In this document: piece by piece, positions 14,111-25,373 of the stretch
Position numbering within the stretch: the stretch's first letter is position 1
Layout of the letters: each line of letters starts with the position of its first letter
Source of the DNA: Mytilus trossulus
Lineage: Eukaryota
Length of the DNA: 64,000 bases
Direction: 5' to 3'
Assembly: GCF_036588685.1 (NCBI RefSeq)
Contig: NC_086380.1
Location: 33,658,313 to 33,722,312, forward strand
Made by a program: the position numbers and the translations under genes
Notes under the pieces: generated by a model
Told to the model about the DNA's origin: nothing
What the model saw: only the letters and a program-made list of their open reading frames with translations
Databases searched by the model: none

Positions 14111-14436
14111 GTATTATTTTTATAAACACTGAAAGACAGTCACAATCAAAATCAAGAAGTAAGCAAAGAATTACAAAACGAAAGGGCATTTACAACAACA
14201 CATTGAAAAATACATATATAAAAACAACACGAACTCCATTAAAACCGGGAGTGAATTCAGGTGCTCCTAATGGGTATTATTTTTATAAACACTGAAAGAC
14301 AGTCACAACCAAAATCAAGAAGTAAGCAAACAATCACAAAACAAAAGGGCATTTACAACAACACTTTGAAAAATACATAAAAGACAACACGAACTCCATT
14401 AAAAACTGGTAGTGAAATCAGGAGCTCCTAATGGGT
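14111..14436. repeat. Tandem duplication, about 163-bp unit, 2 copies
   Basis: gtattatttttataaacactgaaagacagtcacaa...ctcctaatgggta occurs at 14111 and again at 14274 with about 90% identity. Confidence 0.85.
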
Positions 14437-14867
14437 AAAATCCGATAAACTGCTTATCTTGCTTTATTTCTGTTGTTTTCTCCTTCGCTTCAATAGTTTT
14501 TCGATAGACGAGAGTAAGCTTGATAATTTTCCTTGGTCATGTTCACGTCGCTAAAAAAAATCTGCGCAGCAAGGTGATATAGTCAAAGAGAAAAACGTAA
14601 CCAGCTAAAAAAGGATAATAATAATATTGTTACAGAATTATCAAACCTATATTTGATCAAACCTATATTTGGATACCAATTGTACTGAGATGCACATTGT
14701 AAAAACTTCTCTGATGATTAACACTTAATCAGAGATATCTACAAAAGATACAAAATATGCCACAAATTATTATATAGCATACTATACTTGCCGAGTTTAA
14801 AAGTTTTCAGTTACAAATATTTTTTGAAACAATACACATTCAAGTTAAAAAGATTAACAACACCAAA

Positions 14868-15137
14868 TCTACTGAAACAGTACTGAAAATAACAATACCG
14901 AAATAGTACTGTCAACATCAGAACTGAAACAGTACTGACAAAATCAGTACTGAAACAGTACTGTCAAAATCAGTACTAAAACAGTACTGACAAAATCAGT
15001 ACTGAAACAGTACTGTCAAAATCAGTACTAAAACAGTACTGTCAAAATCAGTACTGAAACAGTACTGTCAAAATCAGTACTAAAACAGTACTGTCAAAAT
15101 CAGTACTGAAACAGTACTGACAAAATCAGTACTGATT
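14868..15137 (-). repeat. Same 26-bp satellite in reverse-complement orientation, about 9-10 copies
   Basis: cagtactgaaacagtactgtcaaaatcagtact... is the reverse complement of the 4571-4956 array. It becomes degenerate at its inner edge (14868-14920). Confidence 0.9.
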
Positions 15138-15874
15138 TCATTGAAAGTATAACATTATAAGTTTTCAGTCTTTCCTAACAGTACTGATATGCACGAGGGT
15201 AGAAATGTACCAAAAAAGTATGGGTAAATTATTGGTAGTGTAATGAGAGCGATATTGGGATTCTGCATGAGTAAACTTAGCAAATCTTTATCATGTTTAT
15301 AGAGACAAACCTATGAGCTCTATACCACAAAAGCAACGTTATCCATTTCAGGAATAAACCTGTCAGTCGATCGGACTTCCCATTCAAATGTTCCGACTTG
15401 GATATTGATTACACTTCTTCGTACAAATACAATAGATAATGTTAATTAACCTTACAATGCAACCACCTGGAATCACACTTAATAAGGTAAAACATCTGTG
15501 TGTAGTAAGGATGTTCAATCAGATAATTAAATATAAATAGCTCAAGTCCTTGTGAACTCTCATACAGGTTTTTGCTGTCATAGGTGGTGTAGTTTGGCCA
15601 CAAAATAACATTAAGTTTTTTCACCAACATAAATAGACCTAAACAAGTCTGTCATTTTCTGACTTAGATAAGTCTAAAATTGAAACTACATTTTATAATA
15701 AATACATGTTTCGACTTATTTAAGTCAAAAACAAAAATAGACTTGTTTATGTCTGAGCTATGTATACCCTGCATATTACTGCAAGAGATATTTTAAAAGT
15801 TTTCTGGAATCCCAGATTAAAAGTTGAAGTAACATTGCAAAGGGTTAGTGTATTATTTTATTTTATCAAAATGT

Positions 15875-16183
15875 TAAAATTGAGAATGGAAATGGGGAAT
15901 GTGTCAAAAAGACAACAACTTGACCAAAGAAAAAAACAACAGCAGAAGGTCACCAACAGGTCTTCAAAGTAGCGAGAAATTCACGCAACCGGAGGCGTCC
16001 TTCAGTTAGCCCCTAATCAAATATATTATAGTTCAGTGATAATGAACGCCATACTAATTTCCAAATTGTACACAAGAAACCAAAATTAAAATAATACAAG
16101 ACTAACAAAGGCCAGAGGCTCCTGACTTGGGACAGGCACAAAAATCCGGCGGGGTTATGTTAGTGAGGTCTCAACCCTCTCCC
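15875..16183 (+). mobile_element. SINE-like non-autonomous element, about 310 bp
   Basis: About 90% identical over its full length to the insertion at 46915-47233. Begins taaaattgagaatggaaatgggg and ends gaggtctcaaccctctccc. Confidence 0.7.
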
Positions 16184-16971
16184 TATACCTCTAGCCAAGT
16201 TTGAAAAGTAAACGCATAACAATACGCACATTAAAATTCAGTTCAAGAGAAGTCTGATGTCAGAAGATGTAACCATAGAAAATAAACAAAATGACAATAA
16301 TACATAAAAAAACAAAAGACTACTAGCAGTTAACTGACATGAAAGCTCCAGACTTCAATAAAACTGACTGAAAGATTAAGATTTCATCATATGAATATCA
16401 GACACAATCCTTCCTGTTAGGGGTTTAGTATCATACCATCATAATATATATGAGAAGAACATAACCAGTGTCATGCCAACAACTGTTTTTTTGAATAAAT
16501 GTGTTTAGTTCCAATGCAAAGACCCTATAAGTGAATCGATATTAACGCCAAAATATGCAATCTTTAATGACCTGATAACAGTATCGTTACTATATCCCTT
16601 CTTAAAAAGTCTATTCAAAGGTTTGTTAGTTTCTGAGGTGAATACTGACACCTGTGTGCTTTATAAAGAATATTTCCATAAAAAAATTGGATGTGAAATA
16701 CCTGAACGTTTAAGAAGTCTGCATGTTGAGCTATATTGGATAAATAATATCCTTATACCGCTGATAAAATTGAGTAAATGTAATGACTAGGTTGTGATAT
16801 GGAAAACCCTGGTGTAATAATTTTTCAGTAATACATAAATTTCTCTCGTTAAAATCTAAAACATTGTTACATTGTGTACATACACGAGAGAATCATACAA
16901 GTTGAGATATATAAACACTGTAAGTAGGTGACAAGGGAACTTCACGATCTAAAAATGGATTGTTATCTCTT

Positions 16972-17029
16972 TTATCATAAATTTTAGTATGTTAAATGTT
17001 TTATCATAAATTTTAGTATGTTAATTGTT
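16972..17029. repeat. Tandem repeat, 29-bp unit, 2 copies
   Basis: ttatcataaattttagtatgttaaatgtt followed by ttatcataaattttagtatgttaattgtt. Confidence 0.7.
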
Positions 17030-17195
17030 TAATGTTTTTGTTTATTCATTATTCTGTGGAAATTTAAATCTCAAGAATCTTTCTGTGAGTTTGCATGAAT
17101 AATTCCATGTTCTAATTTGTACCAGAGGCCAGAGTAATGCATAAGTTAACATGGATTTAAAATGTCCACGATTAAAACCACATGTACATATAGAA

Positions 17196-17255
17196 AAGAA
17201 GATGTGGTATGATTGCCAATGAGACAACTATCCACAAAAGACCAAAATGACATGT
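17196..17255 (-). mobile_element. Fragment of the dispersed MITE family (terminal AGAAGATGTGGTATGATTGCCAATGAGACAAC motif)
   Basis: agaagatgtggtatgattgccaatgagacaactatccacaaaagaccaaaatgaca. The same motif recurs at 28661, 36293, 40094, 60246, and reverse-complemented at 31975-32000, 51775-51805, 55600-55625 and 62150-62185. Confidence 0.5.
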
Positions 17256-18780
17256 ATATATTCTAGATAATTCAAACAAAATGTTCAGCAACATTTAACA
17301 TGTTTAAAGCAACCTTTCTATTTTATTCCCAAACATAATTGTTATTACCTTAACAACCTTGTTTCAAAGCAGTTTAGATTTCTATCAAATTGGATGAGAA
17401 TCCAGGAGTTTTAAAGGGGGAGGGGTCTAGCAAGTCGATCAACACTTTGGGTAAAACTATATAAAAAAAGGACTATGCATTTACCATACATGGAGCTCCT
17501 CGAAAAAGCATGCCTTTAGCTCCTTCCTCCCCCCAAAAGTCTGCCTTAGCAATTTTAAACACTCTTACGCTGTCTATTCATGTAGCTGTACATTGGAGCC
17601 TATGAGATTACAATCTGAGTAGCCATCTGAATCACAGAAAATCAACCTATAAATATTTTCATGTATAAATTGATAATTAAATTTTAACCAATGCAATTTA
17701 TACATTTTTTTAAATTTATTTTTGATAATTTTTTGTTCATTTAAAAATATAGGGTCAACAGAGTTGGTGTATGTGGGTTCGATTCCCACCCTAGGCATTC
17801 ATTTATATTGGCTGGTGCAAAGCGGGCAGTTAAGCTTAGTGGCCCCACACTGACTCTGTTGTTCATATGTCACTTTAAAGAATCAGGCGGCCTTCTTCAG
17901 GTCTTGCCATCTCTATTTTTTATTTGTAAATCATACACAACAAAACTATTGAATAATTGTGAAAATTATACCACAGATAACTATGGTAAAACTTTAATTC
18001 TTGTTGGCATAATTAAACTTGGCAGCAATGCTGCCATCCAAGATCCAAAAAGTATTATATTGATGAATTATATATTTCAGATTTGGATTCTTTTGGTCAC
18101 AAAACATTTTGGATGGTAGGTTGCTCAGTCTTTAGTTTTCTATGTTGTTTTTAGAATAGTGTACTTTTTTTTGTCTGCATGTCTTTTTTAGTTTTAGTCA
18201 TGGAATTGTAAGTTTATTTTCGGTTTATGAGTTTGCTGTTCATCTGGTATCTTTAGCTCCAATATTACAATTTGTCTGTTTTAATATGATTGTCTTAAAT
18301 CTCTTTATCATAGTTCAGTGAGCATTGGTGAGTCACTATATAGCTACTCGAAGAATTGTTTGCTATGTTGATTCTCTATTATAAATTACATGCTAACTAT
18401 TTTTGTATGTGTGCAACTATATAGTCAAAATGCCAATCTAACAGTTCTCATTTGACCACATAATCATTGATAATTCACAAAGTTAAGTATCTATGGCACA
18501 AATTTCATCCTAGCCCCCCCCATAAAAATCAAATGGTAGCTCCCTTAGAGGCAGTTATTTCATTGTGCTTTAAATTCAAATAGAAAAAAATGCTCCTGCT
18601 CTATCTATAAGTTCATTATATTTTATGCCATTATTCTCTTCTTTTCCCCCAATATTATTATCTATTCATTTTTGTCCATTCTGTCTTGTTTTTCCGTTAT
18701 TTTCTGTTATATCAACAACCCATCCAGACCTTCATGCATGTGTATGACAGGCACCATTGTTTGTCTAATTAGAACGAGGT

Positions 18781-18890
18781 TTACATTTTTATACGACCGC
18801 AAATTTTGAAAAAATTTTCGTCGTATATTGCTATCACGTTGGCGTCGTCGTCTGCGTCGTCGTTGTCGTCGTCGTCGTCCGAATACTTTT
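18781..18890 (+). repeat. Hairpin (tatacgaccgcaaattttgaaaaaattttcgtcgtata), then atcacgttggcg, then a (CGT)n microsatellite
   Basis: The stem tatacgac/gtcgtata has an AAAATTTT core. ggcgtcgtcgtctgcgtcgtcgttgtcgtcgtcgtcgtcc runs 18841-18889. The poly-Arg ORF 18707-18961 is an artefact of this tract. Confidence 0.8.
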
Positions 18891-18892
18891 AG

Positions 18893-19365
18893 TTTTCGCA
18901 CTCTAACTTTAGTAAAAGTGAATATAAATCTATAAAATTTTATCACAAGGTTTATGACCACAAAAGGAAGGTTGGTATTGATTTTGGGAGTTTTGGTCCC
19001 AACATTTTAGGAATTAGGGGCCAAAAAGGGCCCAAATAAGCATTTTCTTGGTTTTCGCACTATAACTTTAGTTTAAGTAAATAGAAAATAATGAAATTTT
19101 AACACAATGTTTATGACCACAAAAGGAAGGTTGGTATTGATTTTGGGAGTTAAGGTCCCAACAGTTTAGGAATTAGGGGCCAAAAAGGGACCCAAATAAA
19201 CATTTTCTTGGTTTTCGCACCATAACTTTAGTATAAGTAAATAGAAATCTATGAAATTTAAACACAATGTTTATGACCATAAAAGGAAGGTTGGTAATGA
19301 TTTTGGGAGTTTTGGTCCCAACAGTTTAGGAATAAGGGGCCCAAAAGGTCCAAAATTAAACTTTG
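18893..19365 (+). repeat. Tandem repeat, about 159-bp unit, 3 copies
   Basis: gttttcgcac.ataactttagt.taagt.aatagaaa.ctatgaaatttaacacaatgtttatgaccacaaaaggaaggttggtattgattttgggagtt..ggtcccaacagtttaggaattaggggccaaaaaggg starts at 18893, 19051 and 19211. Confidence 0.85.
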
Positions 19366-19870
19366 TTTGATTTCATCAAAATTGAATAATTGGGGTTCTT
19401 TGATATGCCGAATCTAACTGTGTATGTAGATTTTCAACTTTTGGTCCCATTTTCAAATTGGTCTACATTAAGGTCCAAAGGGTCCAAAATTAAACTTCGT
19501 TTGATTTTGACAAAAAATTAATCGGTTGGGTTCTTTGATATGCTGAATCTTAAAATGTACTTAGATTCTTGATTATCGGCCCAGTTTTCTAGTTGGTCCA
19601 AATCGGGGTCCAAAATTAAACTTTGTTTGATTTCATCAAAAATTGAATAAATGGGGTTCTTTGATATGCCAAATCTAACTGTGTATGTAGATTCCTCATT
19701 TTTGGTCTTGTTTTCAAATTGGTCTACATTAAAGTCCAAAGGGTCCAAAATTAAACTTAGTTTGATTTTAACAAAAATTGAAATCTTGGGGTTCTTTGAT
19801 ATGCTGAATCCAAACATGTACTTAGATTTTTGATTATGGGCCCAGTTTTCAAGTTGGTCCAAATCAGGAT
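19347..19870 (+). repeat. Tandem repeat with a 261-bp higher-order unit (two ~130-bp sub-monomers), 2 copies
   Basis: ggtccaaaattaaactttgtttgatttcatcaaaa occurs at 19347 and 19608. The monomers alternate between ...tgccgaatctaactgtgtatgtagatt... and ...tgctgaatcttaaaatgtacttagatt.... ORF 19518-19862 is an artefact of this array. Confidence 0.85.
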
Positions 19871-21325
19871 CTAAAATTATTATATTAAGTTTTGTGCAAT
19901 AGCAAGTCTTTTCAATTGCACAGTATTGCGCAATGGCAAGAAATATCTTATTGCAAAATATTGTGAAATAGCAATTTTGTTTTTAATTAGAGTTATCTTT
20001 CTTTGTCCAGAATAGTAAGCAAGAAATATCTAATTGTAAGAATTTTTTTTATTTGGAGTTATCTTTCTTTGTCCAGAATCAACTTAAATCTTTGTTATAT
20101 ATACAATATACAATGTATATTCACTTTTTACTACCAACTGATAAATTAAAATAATCTACCATTTAGTGATAACAAGCAGTTTTTTTACATCTTAATATTT
20201 TATGATGTATTTTAATGAGTAGTAATTGTTGCAAACTCCATTAGAAATTTTAATTGAGATTAGTTTTGGAATAAGGGAAAGGGGGATGTGATTAAAAAAA
20301 ATGGGTTCAATTTTCTCATTTGAAATTTCATAAATAAAAAGAAAATTTCTTTAAACATTTTTTTGAGAGGAATAATATTCAGCAGCATAGTGAATTGCTC
20401 TAAGAGAAAGTAAATTTTTTAATTTCATTAGAACACATTCATTCTGTGTCAGAAACCTATGCTGTGTCAACTATTTAATCACAATCCAAATTTAGAGCTG
20501 AATCCAGCTTGAATGTTATGTCCATTCTTGCCCCAACCGTTCAGGGTTCAACCTCTGCGGTCGTATAAAGCTACGCCCTGCGGAGCATCTGGTTGTCTTT
20601 AAGTTGTTGTTTACATATATTATTCTCAATTGTTATCCTATTGTTTTTAATTTCCTTTTTGTGTCCATTCTGTTGTCTTTTTCTATTATTCTCTAATATA
20701 TATATAAACATCCCTTCCAGAACTTCATGCATATATATGGCAGGTCAGGTATTGTTATTGGTGAGTTATATGAAAAATATTAAGAACGAAAATTAAATCT
20801 TATTCTTTTAGCTTATAATTTACATATTATTTAAATCTAAAGGAGATACTACAAAGCCAATTAAAAAATACTTTCAATTTCAAAGTATTTATTCAAATTA
20901 ATTCCGACAAAACAATTTAAATTAACTTAAAATGAGAAGAAAATTAGTTGTAAATTAGATCTGTTTGTGAAAATACACATTTGTGGATATATTTTATTAA
21001 GTTTAAAAACGGTTGTGGAAGAACACAATGTGGTTTTTTTTGGCAATTAGTTAAATTATATCAATAATAGTTTTTTCTCTGAAAACTTAAGACACTGTGC
21101 AAAGGGAGGCAAATCAAATTTTCCCAAAAAGGTGCCGTATCGCCAGCTGATGGTGCTATATCAGCAGGTGCTCTATCAGCAGGTAAGTGATCTAGACCTT
21201 ACTGGTCTGGGTTGGTTGGCCAGGTCACACCACACATTTTTTAAACTAAATACCTCAAATAGACAATGATGATTGTGGCCAAGTTTAGTTTAATTTAGCC
21301 CAGTTGTTTCAGAGGAGAAGATTTT

Positions 21326-21510
21326 TGTAAAAGCTTTAAGCTTCTGTCAAAGTTTGGTACAAATCCAGGATAGTTTAAGAAAGTTATTAAAATTTCAAAA
21401 ACTTTAACCACAGAGTGAATATTTGTGGGGACGACGACGGAATGTAGGATTGCTATGTTTCACTATTTCGAAAAATGTTGAAGGCTAGCAAAATTAAGAC
21501 CACTTGTAAG
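21326..21510 (+). repeat. Single ~180-bp unit plus terminal flank of the S180 family (gcttctgtc.aagtttggta.aaatccag...ttcaaaaactttaaccacagagtgaatatttgtgg.gacgacgacggaatgtaggat.gct...gttgaaggct.g.caaaa)
   Basis: The same unit and terminal flank occur at 23808-23995, 58440-58990 and 59560-60150, always on the + strand. Confidence 0.6.
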
Positions 21511-21540
21511 TAATATACAACTAGAGGCTCTAAAGAGCCT

Positions 21541-23725
21541 GTGTCGCTCACCTTGGTCTATGTGCATATTAAACAAAGGAAACAAATGGATTCATGACAA
21601 AATTGTATTTTGGTGATGGTGATGTGTTTGAAGTTCTTACTTTACTGAACGATTTTGCTTCTTACAATTATATCTATCATGAACTTTGCCCATTAGTAAC
21701 AGAGAACTATATTTGGTAAAAATTTACATAAATTTACCAAATTAATGAAAATTGTTAAAAATTGACTATAAAGGGCAATAACTCCTTAAGGGGTCAATTG
21801 ACCATTTAGGTCATGTTGAATTATTTGTAGATCTTACTTTGCTGAACATTATTGCTGTTTACAGTTTATCGCTATCTATAATAGTATTCAAGATAACCAA
21901 AAACGGCAAAATTTCTTTAAAAATTACCAATTGGAGGGCAGCAACCCAACAACCAGTTGTCCAATTCATCTGAAAAATTCAGGGCAGATAGATATTGACT
22001 TGATTAACAATTTAACTTCTTGTCAGATTTGCTCTAGATGCTTTGGTTTCATAGTTATAAGCAAAAAACTGCATTTTACCCCTATGTTCTATTTTTAGCC
22101 GTGGCGGCCATCTTGGTTGAATGGCCAGGTCATCGGACACATTTTTCAAACTAGATACCCCAAAGATGATTGTGGCCTAGTAGTTTCAGTGGAGATTTTG
22201 TAAAAGATTACTTAGATTTATGAAAAATGGTTAAAGATTGACTATAAAGGGCAATAACTCCTAAAGGGGTCAACTGACCATTTTGGTCATGTTGACTTAT
22301 TTGTAGATCTTACTTTGCTGAACATTATTGCTGTTTACAATTTATCTCTATCTATAATAATATTCAAGATAATAACCAAAAACAGCAAAATTTCCTCAAA
22401 ATTACCAATTCAGGGGCAGCAACCCAACAACCGATTGACCGATTCATCTGAAAATTTCAGGGCAGATAGTTCTTGACCTGATAAACATTTTTATCCCATG
22501 TCAGATTTCCTCAAAATGCTTTGGTTTTTGAGTTATAAGCCAAAAACTGCATTTTACCCCTATGTTCTATTTTTAGCGGTGGCGGCCATCTTGGTTGGTT
22601 GACCAGGTCACGCCACACATTTTTTAAACTAGATACCCCAAAGATGATTGTGGCCAAGTTTGGATTAATTTGGCCAAGTAGTTTCAGAGGAGAAGATTTT
22701 TGTAAAAGATTACTTTAATTTACGAAAAATGGTTAAAAATTGTTTATAAAGGGCAATAACTCCTAAACGGGTCAATTGACCATTTTGGTCTTGTTGACTT
22801 ATTTGTAGATCTTACTTTGCTGAACAGTATTGCTGTTTACAGTTGATCTCTATCTATAATAATATTCAAGATAATAACCAAAAACAGCAAAATTTCCTCA
22901 AAATTACCAATTCAGGGGCAGCAACCCAACAACCGATTGACCAATTCATCTGAAAATTTTAGGGCAGATAGATCTTGACCTGATAAACATTTTTATCCCA
23001 TGTCAGATTTCCTCAAAATGCTTTGGTTTTTGAGTTATAAGCCAAAAACTGCATTTTACCCCTTTGTTCTATTTTTAGCCGTGGTGGCCATCTTGGTTGG
23101 TTGACCAGGTCAAGCCACACATTTTTTAAACTAGATACCCCAAAGATGATTGTGGTCAAGTTTGGATTAATTTGGCCAAGTAGTTTCAGAGGAGAAGATT
23201 TTTGTAAAAGATTACTTTAATTAACGAAAAATGGTTAAAAATTGACTATAAAGGGCAATAACTCCTAAACGGGTCAACTGACCATTTTGGTCATGTTGAC
23301 TTATTTGTAGATCTTACTTTGCTGAACATTATTGCTGTTTACAGTTTATCTCTAACTATAATAATATTCAAGATAATAACCAAAAACAGCAAAATTTCTT
23401 CAAAATTACCAATTCAGGGGCAGCAACCCAACAACCGATTGACCGATTCATCTGAAAATTTCAGGGCAGATAGATCTTGACCTGATAAACATTTTTACCC
23501 CATGTCAGATTTGCTCTAAATGCTTTGGTTTTTGAGTTATAAGCCAAAAACTGCATTTTACCCCTATGTTCTATTTTTAGCCGTGGCGGCCATCTTGGTT
23601 GGTTGACCGGGTCACGCCACACATTTTTTAAACTAGATACCCCAATGATGATTGTGGCCAAGTTTGGTTTGATTTGGCCCAGTAGTTTCAGAGGAGAAGA
23701 TTTTTGTAAAAGTTAACGACGACGG
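21541..23725. repeat. Tandem repeat, about 480-510-bp unit, about 4.5 copies
   Basis: gactataaagggcaataactcc recurs at 21763, 22240, about 22743 and 23254 (periods of 477, about 503 and about 511). A partial extra unit sits upstream at 21180-21325. Confidence 0.9.
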
Positions 23726-23771
23726 ACGACGACGACGACGGACGACGACGGACGACGGACGCCAAGTGATG
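23726..23771. repeat. Microsatellite (ACGG)n interleaved with (ACG)n
   Basis: acgacgacggacgacgacgacgacggacgacgacggacgacggacg. Confidence 0.9.
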
Positions 23772-23776
23772 AGAAA

Positions 23777-23807
23777 AGCTCACTTGGCCCTTCGGGCCAG
23801 GTGAGCT
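23777..23807. repeat. Long hairpin agctcacttg-gccc-ttc-gggcc-aggtgagct
   Basis: Near-perfect 14-bp stem with a perfect ggccc/gggcc core. The partner hairpin is at 24104-24135. Confidence 0.8.
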
Positions 23808-24097
23808 AAAAAAACAGGAAATAAATTTTTACAAAATTTCCATCTGAATATTAGCTTGATTGTAAACAAACTTCTGTTCATGTTTAGTACAGAGTTATTA
23901 AAATTTCAAAAACTGAGTGAATATTTGTAGAAGACTACAAAAGAAATGTAGGATGGCTTAGATAGTCTTGCTTTTGCCACTAAAGTTGCAGGCGCTATAA
24001 AAACATGAAAATAAGTTCATGGTCAGATGTACTTCATCAGACAAACATGTTTACCTTTATATAATCATTCTGTATACCAAATATAGTTGACCCTTTT

Positions 24098-25373
24098 TTA
24101 GCTCACCTGACCTGAAAGGTCAAGTGAGCTTTTCTCATCACTTGGCGTCCGTCGTCCGTCGTCCTGCGTCTGTCGTCCGTCGTCCGTCGTCCGTAAACTT
24201 TTACAAAAATCTTCTCCTCTGAAACTACTGGGCCAAATTAAACCAAACTTGGCCACAATCATCCTTGGAGTATCTAGTTTTAAAAATGTGTCCGATGACC
24301 TGGCCATCCAACCAAGATGGCCGCCATGGCTAAAAATAGAACACAGGGGTAAAATGTATATTTTGGCTTATATCTTTGAAACCAAAACATTTAGAGCAAA
24401 TCTGACATGGGGTAAAACTGTTGATCAGGTCAAGATCTATCTGCCCTGAAATTTTCAGACGAATGGGACAACTTGTTGTTGGGTTGCTGCCCCTGAATTG
24501 GTTATTTTAAGGAAATTTTGCAGTTTTTGGCTATTGTCTTGAATACTATTATAGATGGAGATAAACTGTAAACAGCAATAATGTTCAGCAAAGTAAGACC
24601 TACAAATAAGTCAACATGACCAAAATTGTCAGTCAACCCCTTAAGGAGTTATTGCCCTTTATAGTCAATTTTTAACAACTTTTCGTCATTTTTTGTAACT
24701 TGTACAAAAATCTTCTTCTCTGAAACTACATGGCCAAATTTAACCAAACTTGGCCACAATTATCATTGTGGTATATAGTTTCAAAAATGTGTCCGATGAC
24801 CCCGCCTACCAAACAAAATGGCCGACATGGCTAAAATTAGAACATAGCGGTAAAATGCAGTTTTTGAATTATATCTTTGAAACTAAGACATTTAGGGCAA
24901 ATCTTTCAAGATTTAAATGTCCATCAGAATAAGATCTTTCCCCTCACAAATTTTCAGATGAATCCGACAACTCGTTGTTGGGTTGCTGCCCTAAAATTGT
25001 TAATTTTAAGGAAATTTTGCAGTTTTTGGTTATTATCTTGAATACTGTTATAGATAGAGATAAACTGTAAACAGCAATACTGTTCAGCAAAGTAAGATCT
25101 ACAAATAAGTCAACATGATCAAAATTATTAGAGGACCCCTTTAGGAGTTATTGCCCTTTATAGTCAATATTGAACAATTTTTCGTCATTTTTGTAACTTG
25201 TACAAAAATCTTCCTTTCTGAAACTATGGGCCAAATTTAAACAAACTTGGCCACAATCATTACTAGGGTATCTATTTGAAAAAGTGTTTAGTGACCCCAC
25301 CTACCAACCAAGATGACCGACATCAGTAAATACAGTAACAGGTGAGCGACACAGGCTCTTGAGAGCCTCTAGT
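24098..25373 (+). mobile_element. Tandem-repeat-bearing element, right arm, in inverted orientation relative to 21521-23807
   Basis: Order: ttttttagctcacctgacctgaaaggtcaagtgagct hairpin at 24104-24135, then ttttctcatcacttggcg, then (CCGT/CGT)n at 24147-24195, then about 2.3 reverse-complement copies of the 480-bp unit, ending ggtgagcgacac-aggctc-ttga-gagcct-CTAG at 25341-25373. The last segment is the reverse complement of 21521-21552. Confidence 0.5.
24200..25340. repeat. About 480-bp unit, 2.3 copies, reverse complement of the 21541-23725 array
   Basis: ggagttattgccctttatagtc occurs near 24645 and 25147. The reverse-complement ORFs 24249-24449 and 24750-24932 mirror ORF 23461-23661 (MATIIxGVSSxKNV...). 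Confidence 0.85.

Larger units (their letters stand above)
4464..15242. mobile_element. Candidate foldback-like element, or an inverted pair of satellite-bearing elements. Long terminal inverted repeats built from flank plus 26-bp satellite. About 9.9 kb internal, no ORF.
   Basis: The left end 4464-4570 (tacactaccaataattcacccatacttttttggtacatttctaccctcgtgcatatcagtactgttaggaaag...) is the reverse complement of the right end 15138-15242. Both are followed on their inward side by arrays of the same 26-bp unit in opposite orientation. The match stops exactly at tacactaccaat / attggtagtgta. Confidence 0.4.
18620..20760 (+). mobile_element. Candidate composite tandem-repeat-bearing element (pearl/MgE/HINE-like). 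Order: flank, hairpin, microsatellite, two internal arrays, flank.
   Basis: Diverged direct repeats of about 140 bp lie at 18620-18770 and 20600-20760 (about 75% identical: gtccattctgt...ccagaacttcatgcat.t.tatg.caggca). The inner boundaries are the 11-mer tatacgaccgc at 18785 and its reverse complement gcggtcgtata at 20557. Confidence 0.4.
21521..23807 (-). mobile_element. Tandem-repeat-bearing element, left arm. Outer end is a hairpin plus CTAG. Inner end is a microsatellite plus a long hairpin. Putatively Helentron-associated (HINE/pearl/MgE-like).
   Basis: The outer end at 21521-21552 reads ctag-aggctc-taaa-gagcct-gtgtcgctcacc. Read on the minus strand this is hairpin, then CTAG, then T. 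Inside lies a 4.5-copy array, then (ACGG/ACG)n at 23726-23771, then the hairpin agctcacttggcccttcgggccaggtgagct at 23777-23807. Confidence 0.5.

Noticed and set aside
17745-17800. tRNA gene
   Set aside because: Only a T-arm and 3' segment are present. No complementary 5' acceptor strand, D-arm or anticodon arm lies upstream.
18707-18961. ORF with poly-arginine run
   Set aside because: It is a translation of the (CGT)n microsatellite.
19518-19862. 114-aa ORF with internally repeated peptide
   Set aside because: It is a translation of the 261-bp tandem repeat. The periodic peptide mirrors the DNA periodicity.
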